A DNA stretch of 63,829 nucleotides, the filler included, from Octopus bimaculoides (lineage: Eukaryota): assembly GCF_001194135.2 (NCBI RefSeq). It is 7 parts of 6 records of this genome, joined end to end, with 100 filler letters (N's around TTAATTAATTAA, not from the genome) between each part and the next. Parts side by side here need not be neighbours in the genome. Positions count along the whole stretch, not along the records: positions 43,899 to 58,488 come from NW_026352479.1; positions 58,589 to 62,144 come from NC_069008.1; positions 62,245 to 63,829 come from NC_068983.1; 4 more parts are not named here. One strand, 5' to 3'. A model generated the notes under the pieces. That model was not told the origin of the DNA and did not search any database. It was given only the letters and a program-made list of their open reading frames with translations. Of this stretch, positions 52,161 to 63,829 are shown in pieces (the stretch's first letter is position 1; every line of letters starts with the position of its first letter). A program made the position numbers and the translations under genes.

Positions 52161-52418
52161 TCATCCGTTTAGAGTGTCACCATGACGTAAACCATATCGG
52201 CAGTGTTCATCCACGGCTGCCATTTTGCCAGAGCCATAGGAAGCATCCATTTTTCGCAGCTCGCTCTTCGGCGTCTTTCCTGTCGACAGAACAAGTGAAT
52301 ACCTTGGTGGTACAGATTCCTGCATTAGCGCCTTTTGCAACACAGAACCCTGCTTGGGCGGTATTCCTCTCAGTGAGTTTCGCCGAAGGTTGTCGTCTAT
52401 AAATCTCTCTTTTGCAAG
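52161..52418 (-). CDS. Candidate terminal coding exon, 85 aa: LAKERFIDDNLRRNSLRGIPPKQGSVLQKALMQESVPPRYSLV...DTLNG*
   Basis: Acceptor ttttgattttattgtattcag|C at 52419; ~50% GC against an AT-rich background; RRxS and PPxY motifs; internal donor AAG|gtattc at 52303. Confidence 0.65.
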   Translation of the reverse strand, partial: LAKERFIDDNLRRNSLRGIPPKQGSVLQKALMQESVPPRYSLVLSTGKTPKSELRKMDASYGSGKMAAVDEHCRYGLRHGDTLNG

Positions 52419-52859
52419 CTGAATACAATAAAATCAAAATAAAAATGCTACGAAGGTAGCTTTGAATCATCTCTATCTCCTGTAACAATTTTACTGGCCC
52501 CAAACCCAATTGGACCTTCAGCAGGCACCAAAGCTACACATTCCACAGTAAATACCAGTTACATTAGCCACGAGCAATATCCACCATCATTTTCTATACA
52601 GTAATACACGCTGTATTGACACAGCATAGCCGCTAACGCTTCTCCATTGACTGTGTTTTGCAAAAAGTCATGATGCAACAGCATTAGTTACCCATGGTTT
52701 ACACAACAGTAGCAAAAGCCCTTCTTGCAAGGAACGAACAATTGATCGTACCGTTAGCATTTATCACAAGTTAAGACAAACGCCCTACGACAAATCAATG
52801 AGTACAACGTTTCACTCAGGAAACAACCGGCAGTTTTACAGCTACAAGCTACTGCAACT

Positions 52860-52964
52860 TCAACTTCCACAAGCTGCTACAGATTCTTTGGTCAAGCTAT
52901 CAGTACCCCAGGAATCAAACCATTCCAACAAATTACAATACGAAAAACAGTCTGCACATTTAAG
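52860..52964 (-). CDS. Candidate alternative terminal exon, 34 aa: LKCADCFSYCNLLEWFDSWGTDSLTKESVAACGS*
   Basis: Acceptor gaattgtcatttttcag|C at 52965; same phase and first codon (CTT) as the 52418 exon. Confidence 0.4.
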   Translation of the reverse strand, partial: LKCADCFSYCNLLEWFDSWGTDSLTKESVAACGS

Positions 52965-53203
52965 CTGAAAAATGACAATTCGCAGTGAGACATTTTCTCA
53001 TCTATTTTCTTTTTGTTTTTCCTCATCAAAATTTTGTGAATATTTCTCAATTTCTTACATTATTTTCCCACCAGAGATATTACACTCTGTAAACAATGTG
53101 GTACTGGAAAAAGAAACTATCATTCATAGATATTAAGTAAAACATATTTTCTACAACACATACGAGGGATTGCTGAAAAGTTTCTGTGTAAAAGAAAGTA
53201 AAA

Positions 53204-53348
53204 GAAACGTTAGCACGCCGGGCGAAATGCTTAGCGGTATTTCATCTGTCTTTACGTTCTGAGTTCAAATCCCGCCAACGTCGACTTTGCCTTTTATCCT
53301 TTCGGGGTGGATAAATTAAGTACCAGTTGCGTACTGGGGTCGATCTAA
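53204..53348 (+). mobile_element. SINE family A, truncated at both ends
   Basis: Begins GAAACGTTAGCACGCCGGGCG, the same truncation point as the second dimer unit at 11094. Confidence 0.9.
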
Positions 53349-53537
53349 ACCTTATAACGTAATTGGAGCCTCGAATATGAAGTTTAATTTATCTGGCAAT
53401 TACATTTATCTCTATGTATGTATGTATGTATGTATGTATGTATGTATGTATGCATGCATGTATGTATCTATCTATCTATATACATACATATTTACATATA
53501 TCAATCTCTCACACATTGTCGCCTTCCTTCTGACTGA

Positions 53538-53571
<34 letters not shown>

Positions 53572-53588
53572 GTATATAAGTGTGTGTG

Positions 53589-53629
<41 letters not shown>

Positions 53630-53694
53630 AAGTATATGTATCTGTGATATCGTGTTTCTTTGCATCACTATCAATGTATGCACACACATAAACA

Positions 53695-53788
<94 letters not shown>

Positions 53789-53939
53789 GGAATGTATGTA
53801 TGTACACTTATAGAGACAGGTAGATGTGAAGAGAAAAAAAAGATGCATGGTGCAAAAGCCTTCAATAGCACAGAGCAGAATGCGTGAACAGCAAGAAAGT
53901 GTACATTCTTCATATAGCTTGAGTTTCACATCGATGCCC

Positions 53940-54125
53940 GCCAGACGGCGCTAATGGTTAGTATGAAATCGTGACAAGCTGAAAATTTGGGGTTCGATCT
54001 ATTGTTTTAAGGCAAGGAGTCATACATGCGAGTGTGCCCCTACCCTAAACCTACCATGTCGTACTTTGGGAGCTCGCTGCAATCCCAACGGATTTACCAA
54101 ACAAGTCTAGTCTACAGCAAACTAC
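53940..54125 (+). mobile_element. Old tRNA-derived SINE-like fragment
   Basis: A-box-like GGCGCTAATGGTTAG, B-box-like GGTTCGATC, ending in (ATG)n. Confidence 0.45.
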
Positions 54126-55077
54126 TAGAATGATGATGATGATGAAAACGACGACGACGACGATGATGATGATGGGGAAGGAGGATAATAATTCTCATTG
54201 CAAAAATAGTAGCTATGAAGATGACGAGAATGACAGTGAGAAAAAATACTGCGATATGTATGCGTGCGTGCGTGTAGATATATAGATAGATAGGTAGGTA
54301 AACACAACCTGCAGAAGTAAGATTGGAAAACTAGACTGGTAGAAAACCAGAGAGATAGATATATATATATATACCTGTGTGGGTATGTGCGTATATATGT
54401 GTGTGTGTGTGTGTGTAATATATATATGTAAGCGTGTCTATGTATATATATATATATATTTATACATATATATAGGTATACATATACATATATATATATA
54501 TATATATATATGTAAGTGTATGTATGTATATACATCTATATTCATCATGTTTACTAACAGGCACGCTCGCACACCTAGGCACACACACACACACACACAC
54601 ACACACAGATGTATATAACTGCACCCACACAAGACGTTACCATTAGTGGAAAGAAACAGTGCGGCATGTATACATATATATAGATTTTTGTGTCTATATA
54701 TAAAAGAATGAGTACATGAATTGTTCAAAGACACATTTCCCCATCCCTCAATCACCATCACCACCACCACCACCATCATCATCATCGTCGCAGCACTAGT
54801 ACTACTTCGATATGCTACCCTCCAACACGCCTCTGCTCCATCGCCATACCTCAGATCATGCATGATGCATGCACAAACGAGCGAACATACAAAGACAGCG
54901 ATGTGTGCTCAGTGCACCAGTAACAATACAGATCTCTGATTCCGTAGGGCGTAGATAGTGTTTGTTTCGGGAGTGTACACACACACACACACACACACAC
55001 ATGCACAAACGCACATGTATGTATGCGTGTGCACGTGTGAATAATTGTGTGAATGTCGGTGCAAGTGCGGGCACCTG

Positions 55078-55137
<60 letters not shown>

Positions 55138-55468
55138 ATGATATGTCTTTGTATATTATATATGTGTGTATACATGTGTAAACATATAGGTGAAAAACAT
55201 CAAAATAATCCTGCACATATACACACACACATGTATGTACGTATGTATACGTGTGTATGCGAATTATATATTATATGCATTATAGTTTATGTGCATAATA
55301 TATACATAGAATATATATGCATGTATATATATACATATATATATACATATATATATATGATTGTGTGTATGTTATACAGATTTGTCAACCTATCTATCTA
55401 TTCCTTTGAATGTACTTCTTTATGCACAAATCCATCTATTTAAAACATACATACACGTATATTATATA

Positions 55469-55538
<70 letters not shown>

Positions 55539-55780
55539 CATTTGTACATATACACGCATGTATACATATGCGCATATATGCATATGTAAACGCTCTCACT
55601 TAGACATTGATTGACCATAATGCTCTGTGCACCGATAACAATGTAAGTTTGATTCTCTGTAGGGATTCCCTGTTTATATGTGTGGGTGCATATTCCGGTG
55701 TTTGTACACACTGCCATGCATTTCCTGTATATATTCATAAACGTATATACATATACAGCTATCTATATCCATATCTATGA

Positions 55781-55816
<36 letters not shown>

Positions 55817-55829
55817 ATATATATACATA

Positions 55830-55863
<34 letters not shown>

Positions 55864-56105
55864 TGTATGTGTGTGTGTGTGTGTGTGTGTGTATGCATAT
55901 TTGTTTGTCTATTGGTCTGTCTCTCATCTATCTATCTATCTATCTATCCATCCATACATATATGTGCGTGCGTGTGTGTGTGTGTATACAGGTATATTGT
56001 GCGTTAGTGGAGACTCGTTATCTGTTTGTGCGTGCATGCAATGTTATATATATGAAAGTACACAACAGCATATTGAAGCGTGTGCATTTAATTGTAAATA
56101 TAAAT

Positions 56106-56148
<43 letters not shown>

Positions 56149-56989
56149 ATATATACAGTTAATGTACATTTACACATACATACATACATATATATATATA
56201 CGTATATTTGTATTTATATATACATGTGTATACATGTGAGGAAGCATATATGGAACCAGCATGTTGCAACTCCTCCTGTGAACAGTGGTGCACCAGCGTA
56301 TCTGTGCACGATGTGCACCGCTTCTATCAGCAGCCACTATTACTAATTGTCAATAATATGAAAGACATGCGACGTGAAAGCATATTATAGCAGTATGCCA
56401 GTCATCCTCTTTAGATTATTCCTAGTCTTTTAACGATGTTTCGTTTATCCTTGCTGGTACGGTAAAACAGGAATACTGCAGTATCAATACCATGAAAAGT
56501 CTACATCGAGTTGCTTCCTGTTGTTTACAGCAAGGAGGACAAGAATGGATGATAGAGGAGGGTAAGCAAAGGAAAGCGAATCGCACAAACTTCTGAATGG
56601 TGCTAATGAGTCAGAAAGCCGAAGTGGATTTGAACGAATCGGCTTATGTTCTTCAAACATGCTGCAATAACGAAGCAACGCTCTGAACATCTGACATGGT
56701 CTGAATTGTAAAAAATAAACAAAATGGAAGGTAAAAGAGAGAAAGCTTTCCGGTTAATGAATTGACCTTGAGGAGGCATTAGGATATCACTGTATGAAAG
56801 GACGGATTTGAAATATGAATGACTTAGAGAATCGCGTGGGAGAGTCAGATGGATGTGTACAGTAATGATATCGAGGATTTGTAATTAGATCAATCTCGTC
56901 TTTCTCAACGTCGTCTTTAGATTAACTTCGTCTTTCCCGAATCATGATTTGTGGATATTGAACTTCAGAAAGAAGCTAAGTATACTTTT

Positions 56990-57600
56990 ATAGTTACTTG
57001 ATAGAGATATATAAGAGCAAAATTAAAGGTGAGAGCAAAGAATAAGTTTTTAGCAATTAGTAACACCAAATATTTGCTGCGTGGATAAAGCAATTCATAG
57101 CTAAACTCGCTAACTGAGGTTGCTGTAGAAATAGTAAGATAAAATGTTTCCTTCAAATCGTGCTACGACCAGCCTGTGCCTTATGTTGCATCAAGAATTT
57201 TGTCGTCCCCAATGGAAGGAGTGATACTGTCGAAAGGTGTCGAAATGATAATGATGCCTAGGTGGTAGCTGATAAAGTCATCTCGAGCCGGTTGTAAATA
57301 AAATAGTGGATTTCTCAAAAGAATATTCTAGAGGATCTCAATGGTATTACTTGATAGGAATATATAACAGTAAAATCAAAGGAGCGAGAGTAAAGAACAA
57401 GTTCTTATCGATTAGTGAAACCAAATATTTACTGAGATCGATGGATCAGTTCATAGCTATACTTGGTTAAGTATATTTGCCATAGAGGTTATAAGACAAA
57501 ATGTTTCCTCTAGTGTGGGCTAAAACCAGCCTGGAACTTACTTTGCATCAACAATTTTTCCAGCCTCAGTAGAAGTAATGATACTTTCAAATGGCACCAA
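56990..57600 (+). pseudogene. Diverged ~350-bp tandem duplicate of decayed protein-coding sequence
   Basis: Copies at ~56995-57250 and ~57346-57600 translate (with stops) RAKNKFLAISNTKYLLR / RVKNKFLSISETKYLLR, AVEIVR*NVS / AIEVIRQNVS, EGVILSKG / EVMILSNG. Confidence 0.5.
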
Positions 57601-58104
57601 CTTAGTACGAGACAACCAGCTCGAATCTAGAAACATTGCAGACTTTCTTCTAAGCGTGATACTAATAATACCTATATCAAAACTAATATATATGCAGAAG
57701 ATAAATTCTCTACTGTGCTACATGCACTTTTAACATATATGGGAGTTTGACTGCTATTTTTAGCAAATCTTTCACATTGTAAATGTTTTAAGTTGAATCG
57801 TTCAGACATTTTATGGTTGCCTTTTGACTTTTGTTTTAATTAGTTTTTTTTTTTTTTTGTATGTCTAGTTTATGATCTTGTTGCTTTATTTCTTTTTGAT
57901 GTTTAGATGAAAGAAAACAGAGTCAATGGCTTTGGAAACTGTCTGTATAGAACTATTAGTAGCTTATTATATCGTAACTTGAGGCTAATGAATGGTACGG
58001 CAGAATGGTTATGGTTAAAAACTGACACAAACTGATCATACATAGAGGAAAAACACACGCACGCAAACACATATAAACACACACAGACACACTCACACAC
58101 ACAC

Positions 58105-58430
58105 TTTACCTTTCATCCTTTCAGTATAGATAAAACGAGTGCCAGTTGTTCACCCTGGAGTCTATGTAATCGACTTACCTCCTCACCAGAAATCGCTTTC
58201 CTTGTTCCAAAATTTGAAATCAACATGGTATTGAATTAACTGCTGTATCTATGCAGTACTTTCCCCCAGTTATGCCTGTGGTACTGCTCAGGCGTCGAAA
58301 CAATCATAAGACACCGATAAAATAAGTACCAGGTTTAGATAATGTACTAGGGTGGATTCATGCGACCAACGTTACTATAGGCGGTGACTTACAAAACCTA
58401 AAGTCTAACGACTGAGACAAGCAAAGGATA
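58105..58430 (+). mobile_element. Old SINE A 3' fragment followed by SINE C tail
   Basis: CTTTCATCCTTTC..GATAAAACGAGTGCCAG; ACCGATAAAATAAGTACCAGG. Confidence 0.6.
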
Positions 58431-58599
58431 AAATATACATATATTTATATATATATCTCACTTTCTCGCTAAATACATATGTATGTATNNNNNNNNNNNN
58501 NNNNNNNNNNNNNNNNNNNNNNNNNNNNNNNNTTAATTAATTAANNNNNNNNNNNNNNNNNNNNNNNNNNNNNNNNNNNNNNNNNNNNCGCACAGCGTA

Positions 58600-58885
58600 A
58601 TTTATTATATAAACAATATATGCGTATAAATTACGATTAAACCGGATGAAATATGTCACAGGGAATAACATTTTTATGAGCGGGCAGCGGTAACTGTATT
58701 CAGCTGAATAGACGTCAGTGATTGGTTGAAATTACAGAAATACAACAACTTTAACATGAAATAACTTGCGATGTACAAAATTTTGTTAAGAAGGTTAAGA
58801 GAAGAAGTTGTTTTATATGACACATTCTATCAGTGTCCCAAGTTTGAAAGTGTTTCGTTAAGAAAACAAATGTTGCCCGTCAAAC
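58600..58885. mobile_element. Unclassified non-autonomous DNA-type repeat
   Basis: GTCAGTGATTGGTTGAAATTACAGAAATA..CTTTAACATGAAATAAC resembles a recalled Octopus repeat; not verified. Confidence 0.4.
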
Positions 58886-58894
58886 CCCAAAGAT

Positions 58895-59010
58895 CCCACA
58901 AGGCTTTGGTTGGCCCGAGGCTATAGAAGAAGACACTTGCCTAAGGTGTTACGCAGTGGGACTGAACCCGCAACCATGTGGTTGGTAAACAAGCTACTTC
59001 CCACAGCCGC
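58895..59010 (-). mobile_element. SINE family C head
   Basis: Reverse complement of GTGGGAAGTAGCTTGTTTACCAACCACATGGTTGCGGGTTCAGTCCCACTGCG. Confidence 0.85.
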
Positions 59011-60515
59011 TCCTGCGGATATATACGTATGTCTCTCCCTCTCTCTCTGCAGAGAGAGAGAGGAGAGAGAGGGAGAACAGACATACAAAAAGAGAAATAG
59101 AGTGAAAGAGAGGTAGAGAGAGAGAGAGTGGCAGGAACAGAGAGTGAGTGACACAGTGTGACAGAGAGACAGTGTCAGAGGAAGGGAGTGACACAGAAAA
59201 GAGAGAGAGAGAGAGAGAGAGAGACATCGAAAGAGAAAAAGAGTGACATAGAGAGAGAGAGAGAATGACATAGAGAGAGAAAGAGAGAGAGAGAGAGAGA
59301 GCCAAACAGAGAAAGAGGATATATGAAATGTAAAGGACGTGTCCCTCCTCCTCGGCCCCCACCACCGCTGCCATCGCCACCGCCACCACTCCCACCCTCG
59401 TCACTGCAACCGACATGACTATTAAGCGAAGACATCAAACGAAGCGTTAAGTGATTAATTAGACGTGGGTCAGGAATTCTTTAATTACACACGATTCTAN
59501 NNNNNNNNNNNNNNNNNNNNNNNNNNNNNNNNNNNNNNNNNNNNNNNNNNNNNNNNNNNNNNNNNNNNNNNNNNNNNNNNNNNNNNNNNNNNNNNNNNNN
59601 NNNNNNNNNNNNNNNNNNNNNNNNNNNNNNNNNNNNNNNNNNNNNNNNNNNNNNNNNNNNNNNNNNNNNNNNNNNNNNNNNNNNNNNNNNNNNNNNNNNN
59701 NNNNNNNNNNNNNNNNNNNNNNNNNNNNNNNNNNNNNNNNNNNNNNNNNNNNNNNNNNNNNNNNNNNNNNNNNNNNNNNNNNNNNNNNNNNNNNNNNNNN
59801 NNNNNNNNNNNNNNNNNNNNNNNNNNNNNNNNNNNNNNNNNNNNNNNNNNNNNNNNNNNNNNNNNNNNNNNNNNNNNNNNNNNNNNNNNNNNNNNNNNNN
59901 NNNNNNNNNNNNNNNNNNNNNNNNNNNNNNNNNNNNNNNNNNNNNNNNNNNNNNNNNNNNNNNNNNNNNNNNNNNNNNNNNNNNNNNNNNNNNNNNNNNN
60001 NNNNNNNNNNNNNNNNNNNNNNNNNNNNNNNNNNNNNNNNNNNNNNNNNNNNNNNNNNNNNNNNNNNNNNNNNNNNNNNNNNNNNNNNNNNNNNNNNNNN
60101 NNNNNNNNNNNNNNNNNNNNNNNNNNNNNNNNNNNNNNNNNNNNNNNNNNNNNNNNNNNNNNNNNNNNNNNNNNNNNNNNNNNNNNNNNNNNNNNNNNNN
60201 NNNNNNNNNNNNNNNNNNNNNNNNNNNNNNNNNNNNNNNNNNNNNNNNNNNNNNNNNNNNNNNNNNNNNNNNNNNNNNNNNNNNNNNNNNNNNNNNNNNN
60301 NNNNNNNNNNNNNNNNNNNNNNNNNNNNNNNNNNNNNNNNNNNNNNNNNNNNNNNNNNNNNNNNNNNNNNNNNNNNNNNNNNNNNNNNNNNNNNNNNNNN
60401 NNNNNNNNNNNNNNNNNNNNNNNNNNNNNNNNNNNNNNNNNNNNNNNNNNNNNNNNNNNNNNNNNNNNNNNNNNNNNNNNNNNNNNNNNNNNNNTATATA
60501 TATATGTGTGTGTGT

Positions 60516-60725
60516 GTGTGTTTGTGTGTCTGTGTTTGTCCCCCCAACATCGCTTGACAACCGATGCTGGTGTGTTTACGTTTCCGTAACTTAGCGGTTC
60601 GGCAAAAGAACGGATAGAATAAGTACTAGGCTTACAAAGAGTAAGTCATGAGGTCGATTTGTTCGACTAAAGGCGGTGCTCCAGCATGGCCGCAGTCAAA
60701 TGAGTGAAACAAGTAAATAAATAAA
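60516..60725 (+). mobile_element. SINE family C 3' half
   Basis: CCCCCAACATCGCTTGACAACCGATGCTGGTGTG...CAAATGAGTGAAACAAG. Confidence 0.9.
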
Positions 60726-60859
60726 AGAATATATAGATATATTATACACACACTCTCAAAGATACACACACATACACACACACACTAAAACATTCATACA
60801 CGCATACACACGTAATTGATCATAAGCGCGTGACGAACATAACGTTATTATATTTATTC

Positions 60860-61180
60860 TTTGGAAGCCTAGGACTTATTCTATCAGCCCCTTAGCCGAA
60901 CTGCTAGGTTACGGGGACGTGAACACACCAACATCGGTTGTCAAGCAACGATGGTGGGGGGGGGGACAAACACAGACACACAAACATATACGTATATATA
61001 TATATTATATATATATACGACGGGCTTCGTTCAGTTTCCGTCTACCAAATCCACTCACAAGGCTTTGGTCGGCCTGAGGCTAAAGTTGAAGACACTTGCC
61101 CAAGGTGCCACGCAGTGGGACTGAACCCGGAACCATGTGGTTGGTAAGCAAACTACTTACCACACAGCCAGTCCTGCGCC
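60860..61180 (-). mobile_element. SINE family C, inverted relative to 60516-60725
   Basis: Reverse-complement head and body. Confidence 0.88.
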
Positions 61181-61224
61181 TAGCATGGCTGCTGTCTAAT
61201 GGCTGAAATAAATAAAAGATAAAA

Positions 61225-61400
61225 GATATTATATACGACGGCCTTCTTTCAGTTTCCGTCTACCAAATTCACTCACAAGGAATTTGGCTAATCCGAAGCT
61301 ATAGTAAAAAAACACTTGTCGAAAGTTCAACGCAGTGGGACTGAACCCAGATCCGGGGGGTTGGTAGCGGACTTCTAACCGCACTGCCACGCCTGCGCCT
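61225..61400 (-). mobile_element. SINE family C head (diverged)
   Basis: Reverse-complement match. Confidence 0.8.
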
Positions 61401-62081
61401 TTTGCAAGGTTTTGTTATGTAACTTCACAATGGCGTCTTTCTTAGCGCCCTCGTGGCTATTAAAGACATATTTCCCCGTAATTTATTGTTATAAAATATA
61501 GTGAAATGAAAGAGTTTGGAAGAAAAAAGAATTATGAATGATGTATGAATCTATATTAAATATATTTGAACTGAGATCAGAGGGAACGACACACACACAC
61601 ACAGACACAGGCGCAGTGCCCAAGGGGATCGTACACACATACGCTGACGTACACGTATATGGTCTCTTCTCATTTATATTGAAAGGGACAAATGACATCA
61701 ACCGCTCGAACAAGTAAGCTACCTTGCGCATTACACAAGGGGCATGTAGAGAGAGAGACACACACACACACACACACACAGACACATACACACAAAAGGG
61801 ACACACAGACACGTACACACATACGCACACGCGCGCGCATACACATACACACGCTCAAGGGACACCAGCGACAACGTAACACGTCCGGTCCATTAACGTA
61901 CGGCACGCACGCACACGCACACATACATTCACGTGCGCGCGCGCGTACACACACACACACACACACACGCACACAAACACAACGCGCGTGCGTGCACACA
62001 CACATACACACACGCACTCACACACACACACACTCAGGGGACCCTAGCGACGACAAAATAACAAGCCCTGTCCCTACACGT

Positions 62082-62126
<45 letters not shown>

Positions 62127-62244
62127 ACACACACACATGCTCTCNNNNNNNNNNNNNNNNNNNNNNNNNNNNNNNNNNNNNNNNNNNNTTAATTAATTAA
62201 NNNNNNNNNNNNNNNNNNNNNNNNNNNNNNNNNNNNNNNNNNNN

Positions 62245-62303
<59 letters not shown>

Positions 62304-63094
62304 TCCATGAAATTTTAAAATCTATTCGTTTCAGACTATTTGGAAATTAATATAAATAAACTAACTATCAGCTTTGCGAATGTTCGAAATTTCCTCAAAT
62401 CACTTTCCGTTGTTTTAATCAGGATAAATTACGTAGTCCTCGTACATTGTTAAAAAAGAGACAGGATGGTCATCACTGGAGCGCTTTTGGTGGTGGGTCT
62501 TCTCAAGAAAAGCTAGAATTATTTTTATGTGTTAAAAAGATACAATTATTTATTTAATTCCAGTTAAAAATCAAAATTAATTATAAACTAATTTTTCTTG
62601 ACACAATCTTCGTATAAGATTTATGGGTATCCCTTTTTTCTTTTTCCTTTTTTCTTTCATTCACATTTATCCTAAGTTTAAATGACTATTTTCGAAAGTG
62701 GCTTAAAGGCTAATTTTTTAAAACTAGGATTTCTCTCAGTGAAGTCGGTAATAACCTTAATATACATGTTACTTTCGTGTGGATCCTTCGGACAAACGTA
62801 AATTACCACCGATTGTACGCGCACTGGTGTATGCAAAATTCAACGAAACGAAAGTCGAACCGAAACTAAATAAACTTGGATATAAGAATGTAAGAAATAC
62901 TCAAGAGTTAAACATGTGAACCTTGATGATAAAATGAATTTTGATGCGATTCACATACCGAAATATACTGTAATACAGAGGGTAATATCTTACTTCTACT
63001 ATAAGAGATATTAAATATATTTTAACAAGAACTTGGGTGATCTTAAAATAAATACCAGTCACATACGAGATATCCATTTGACTCTCACACATGC

Positions 63095-63440
63095 ACACAC
63101 ACTGCGACCATGCTGGAGCACCGCTTAAAAAAGGTTTTAGTTAAAGAAATTGACCCCAGGACTTATTCTATGTAAGCCTAGTATATTTTTTATCGGTTAT
63201 CAAGTGATGGCAGACTCACATTCTCTCTCTCTCTCTCTATGTGTATATATATATATGTATATATATATATCCACACACACATACGATGGGCTTTCTATCA
63301 GTTTCCGTTTACCAAATCAACTCACAAGGCTTTGGCCGGCCCGGGGCTATATAGTAGAAGACACTTGCCCAAGGTGCCACGCTGTGGGATTGAGCCCGGA
63401 ACCATGTGGTTGGGAAGCAAGCTTCTTCCCACACAACCAC
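63095..63440 (-). mobile_element. SINE family C (tail 63095-63200, head 63280-63440)
   Basis: Reverse-complement match with internal microsatellite. Confidence 0.85.
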
Positions 63441-63773
63441 GAAAAGTATATTAGGAAAGGTAGAAATCAACGTTTTATGTCATATTTTCCCTCCCTAACT
63501 CACTCTTTCTATATGCATATATGTATGTGTGCATTGTGTGTGACTTCATTGTTACTAAAATGTTGTGCTTCGGACTGGCTTGTGTTGCATTATTGCTTAT
63601 AGTTTGTCGGTCAGGCTGCGCGAAACCTATTAGGCCGACGTAGATAGATTAAACGTGTGGCCTGTGCAATAAATTTGAAGGTTGCATAATATACATAAAA
63701 TGAAAGCATACGTGTACAAGGGTTGTGCGTATGTTGTTCATACATAAACTCTTAAGGGAATGTAGGTTATTTA

Positions 63774-63829
<56 letters not shown>

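Noticed and set aside
52805-52822. CTGAGTGAAACGTT on minus strand
   Set aside because: No room for stem II

Overview
AT-rich, microsatellite-dense animal genomic DNA, most likely Octopus or another coleoid, judged from its SINE families. About 9.6 kb (~15%) is N. Six artificial N44-TTAATTAATTAA-N44 spacers split the window into seven joined scaffolds, so adjacency and orientation across them are unverified. No complete gene is visible. The window is mostly intron-like or intergenic DNA with decayed retroelements: an R4/Dong-type RLE LINE, two Penelope-like elements, Tx1/L1 and RTE fragments, and three tRNA-SINE families, plus mariner- and hAT-type MITEs. Two signals stand out. (1) A hammerhead-ribozyme (HHR) hotspot at 41.4-43.6 kb holds six HHR motifs from three element families. 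Its centre is a ~480-bp repeat (two tandem copies plus one inverted), each copy carrying a type I HHR with a different lesion; the consensus is a complete ribozyme, as in non-LTR retrozymes. A second family carries a shared A6U core variant (also at 22.5 kb). (2) A dense ACUAAC+GCAUG (QKI/Rbfox-type) motif cluster lies just downstream of a 27-nt candidate exon. It heads a series of short stop-containing candidate 3' exons on + (31-40 kb), with a similar series on - (47-57 kb). The host gene(s) could not be identified.
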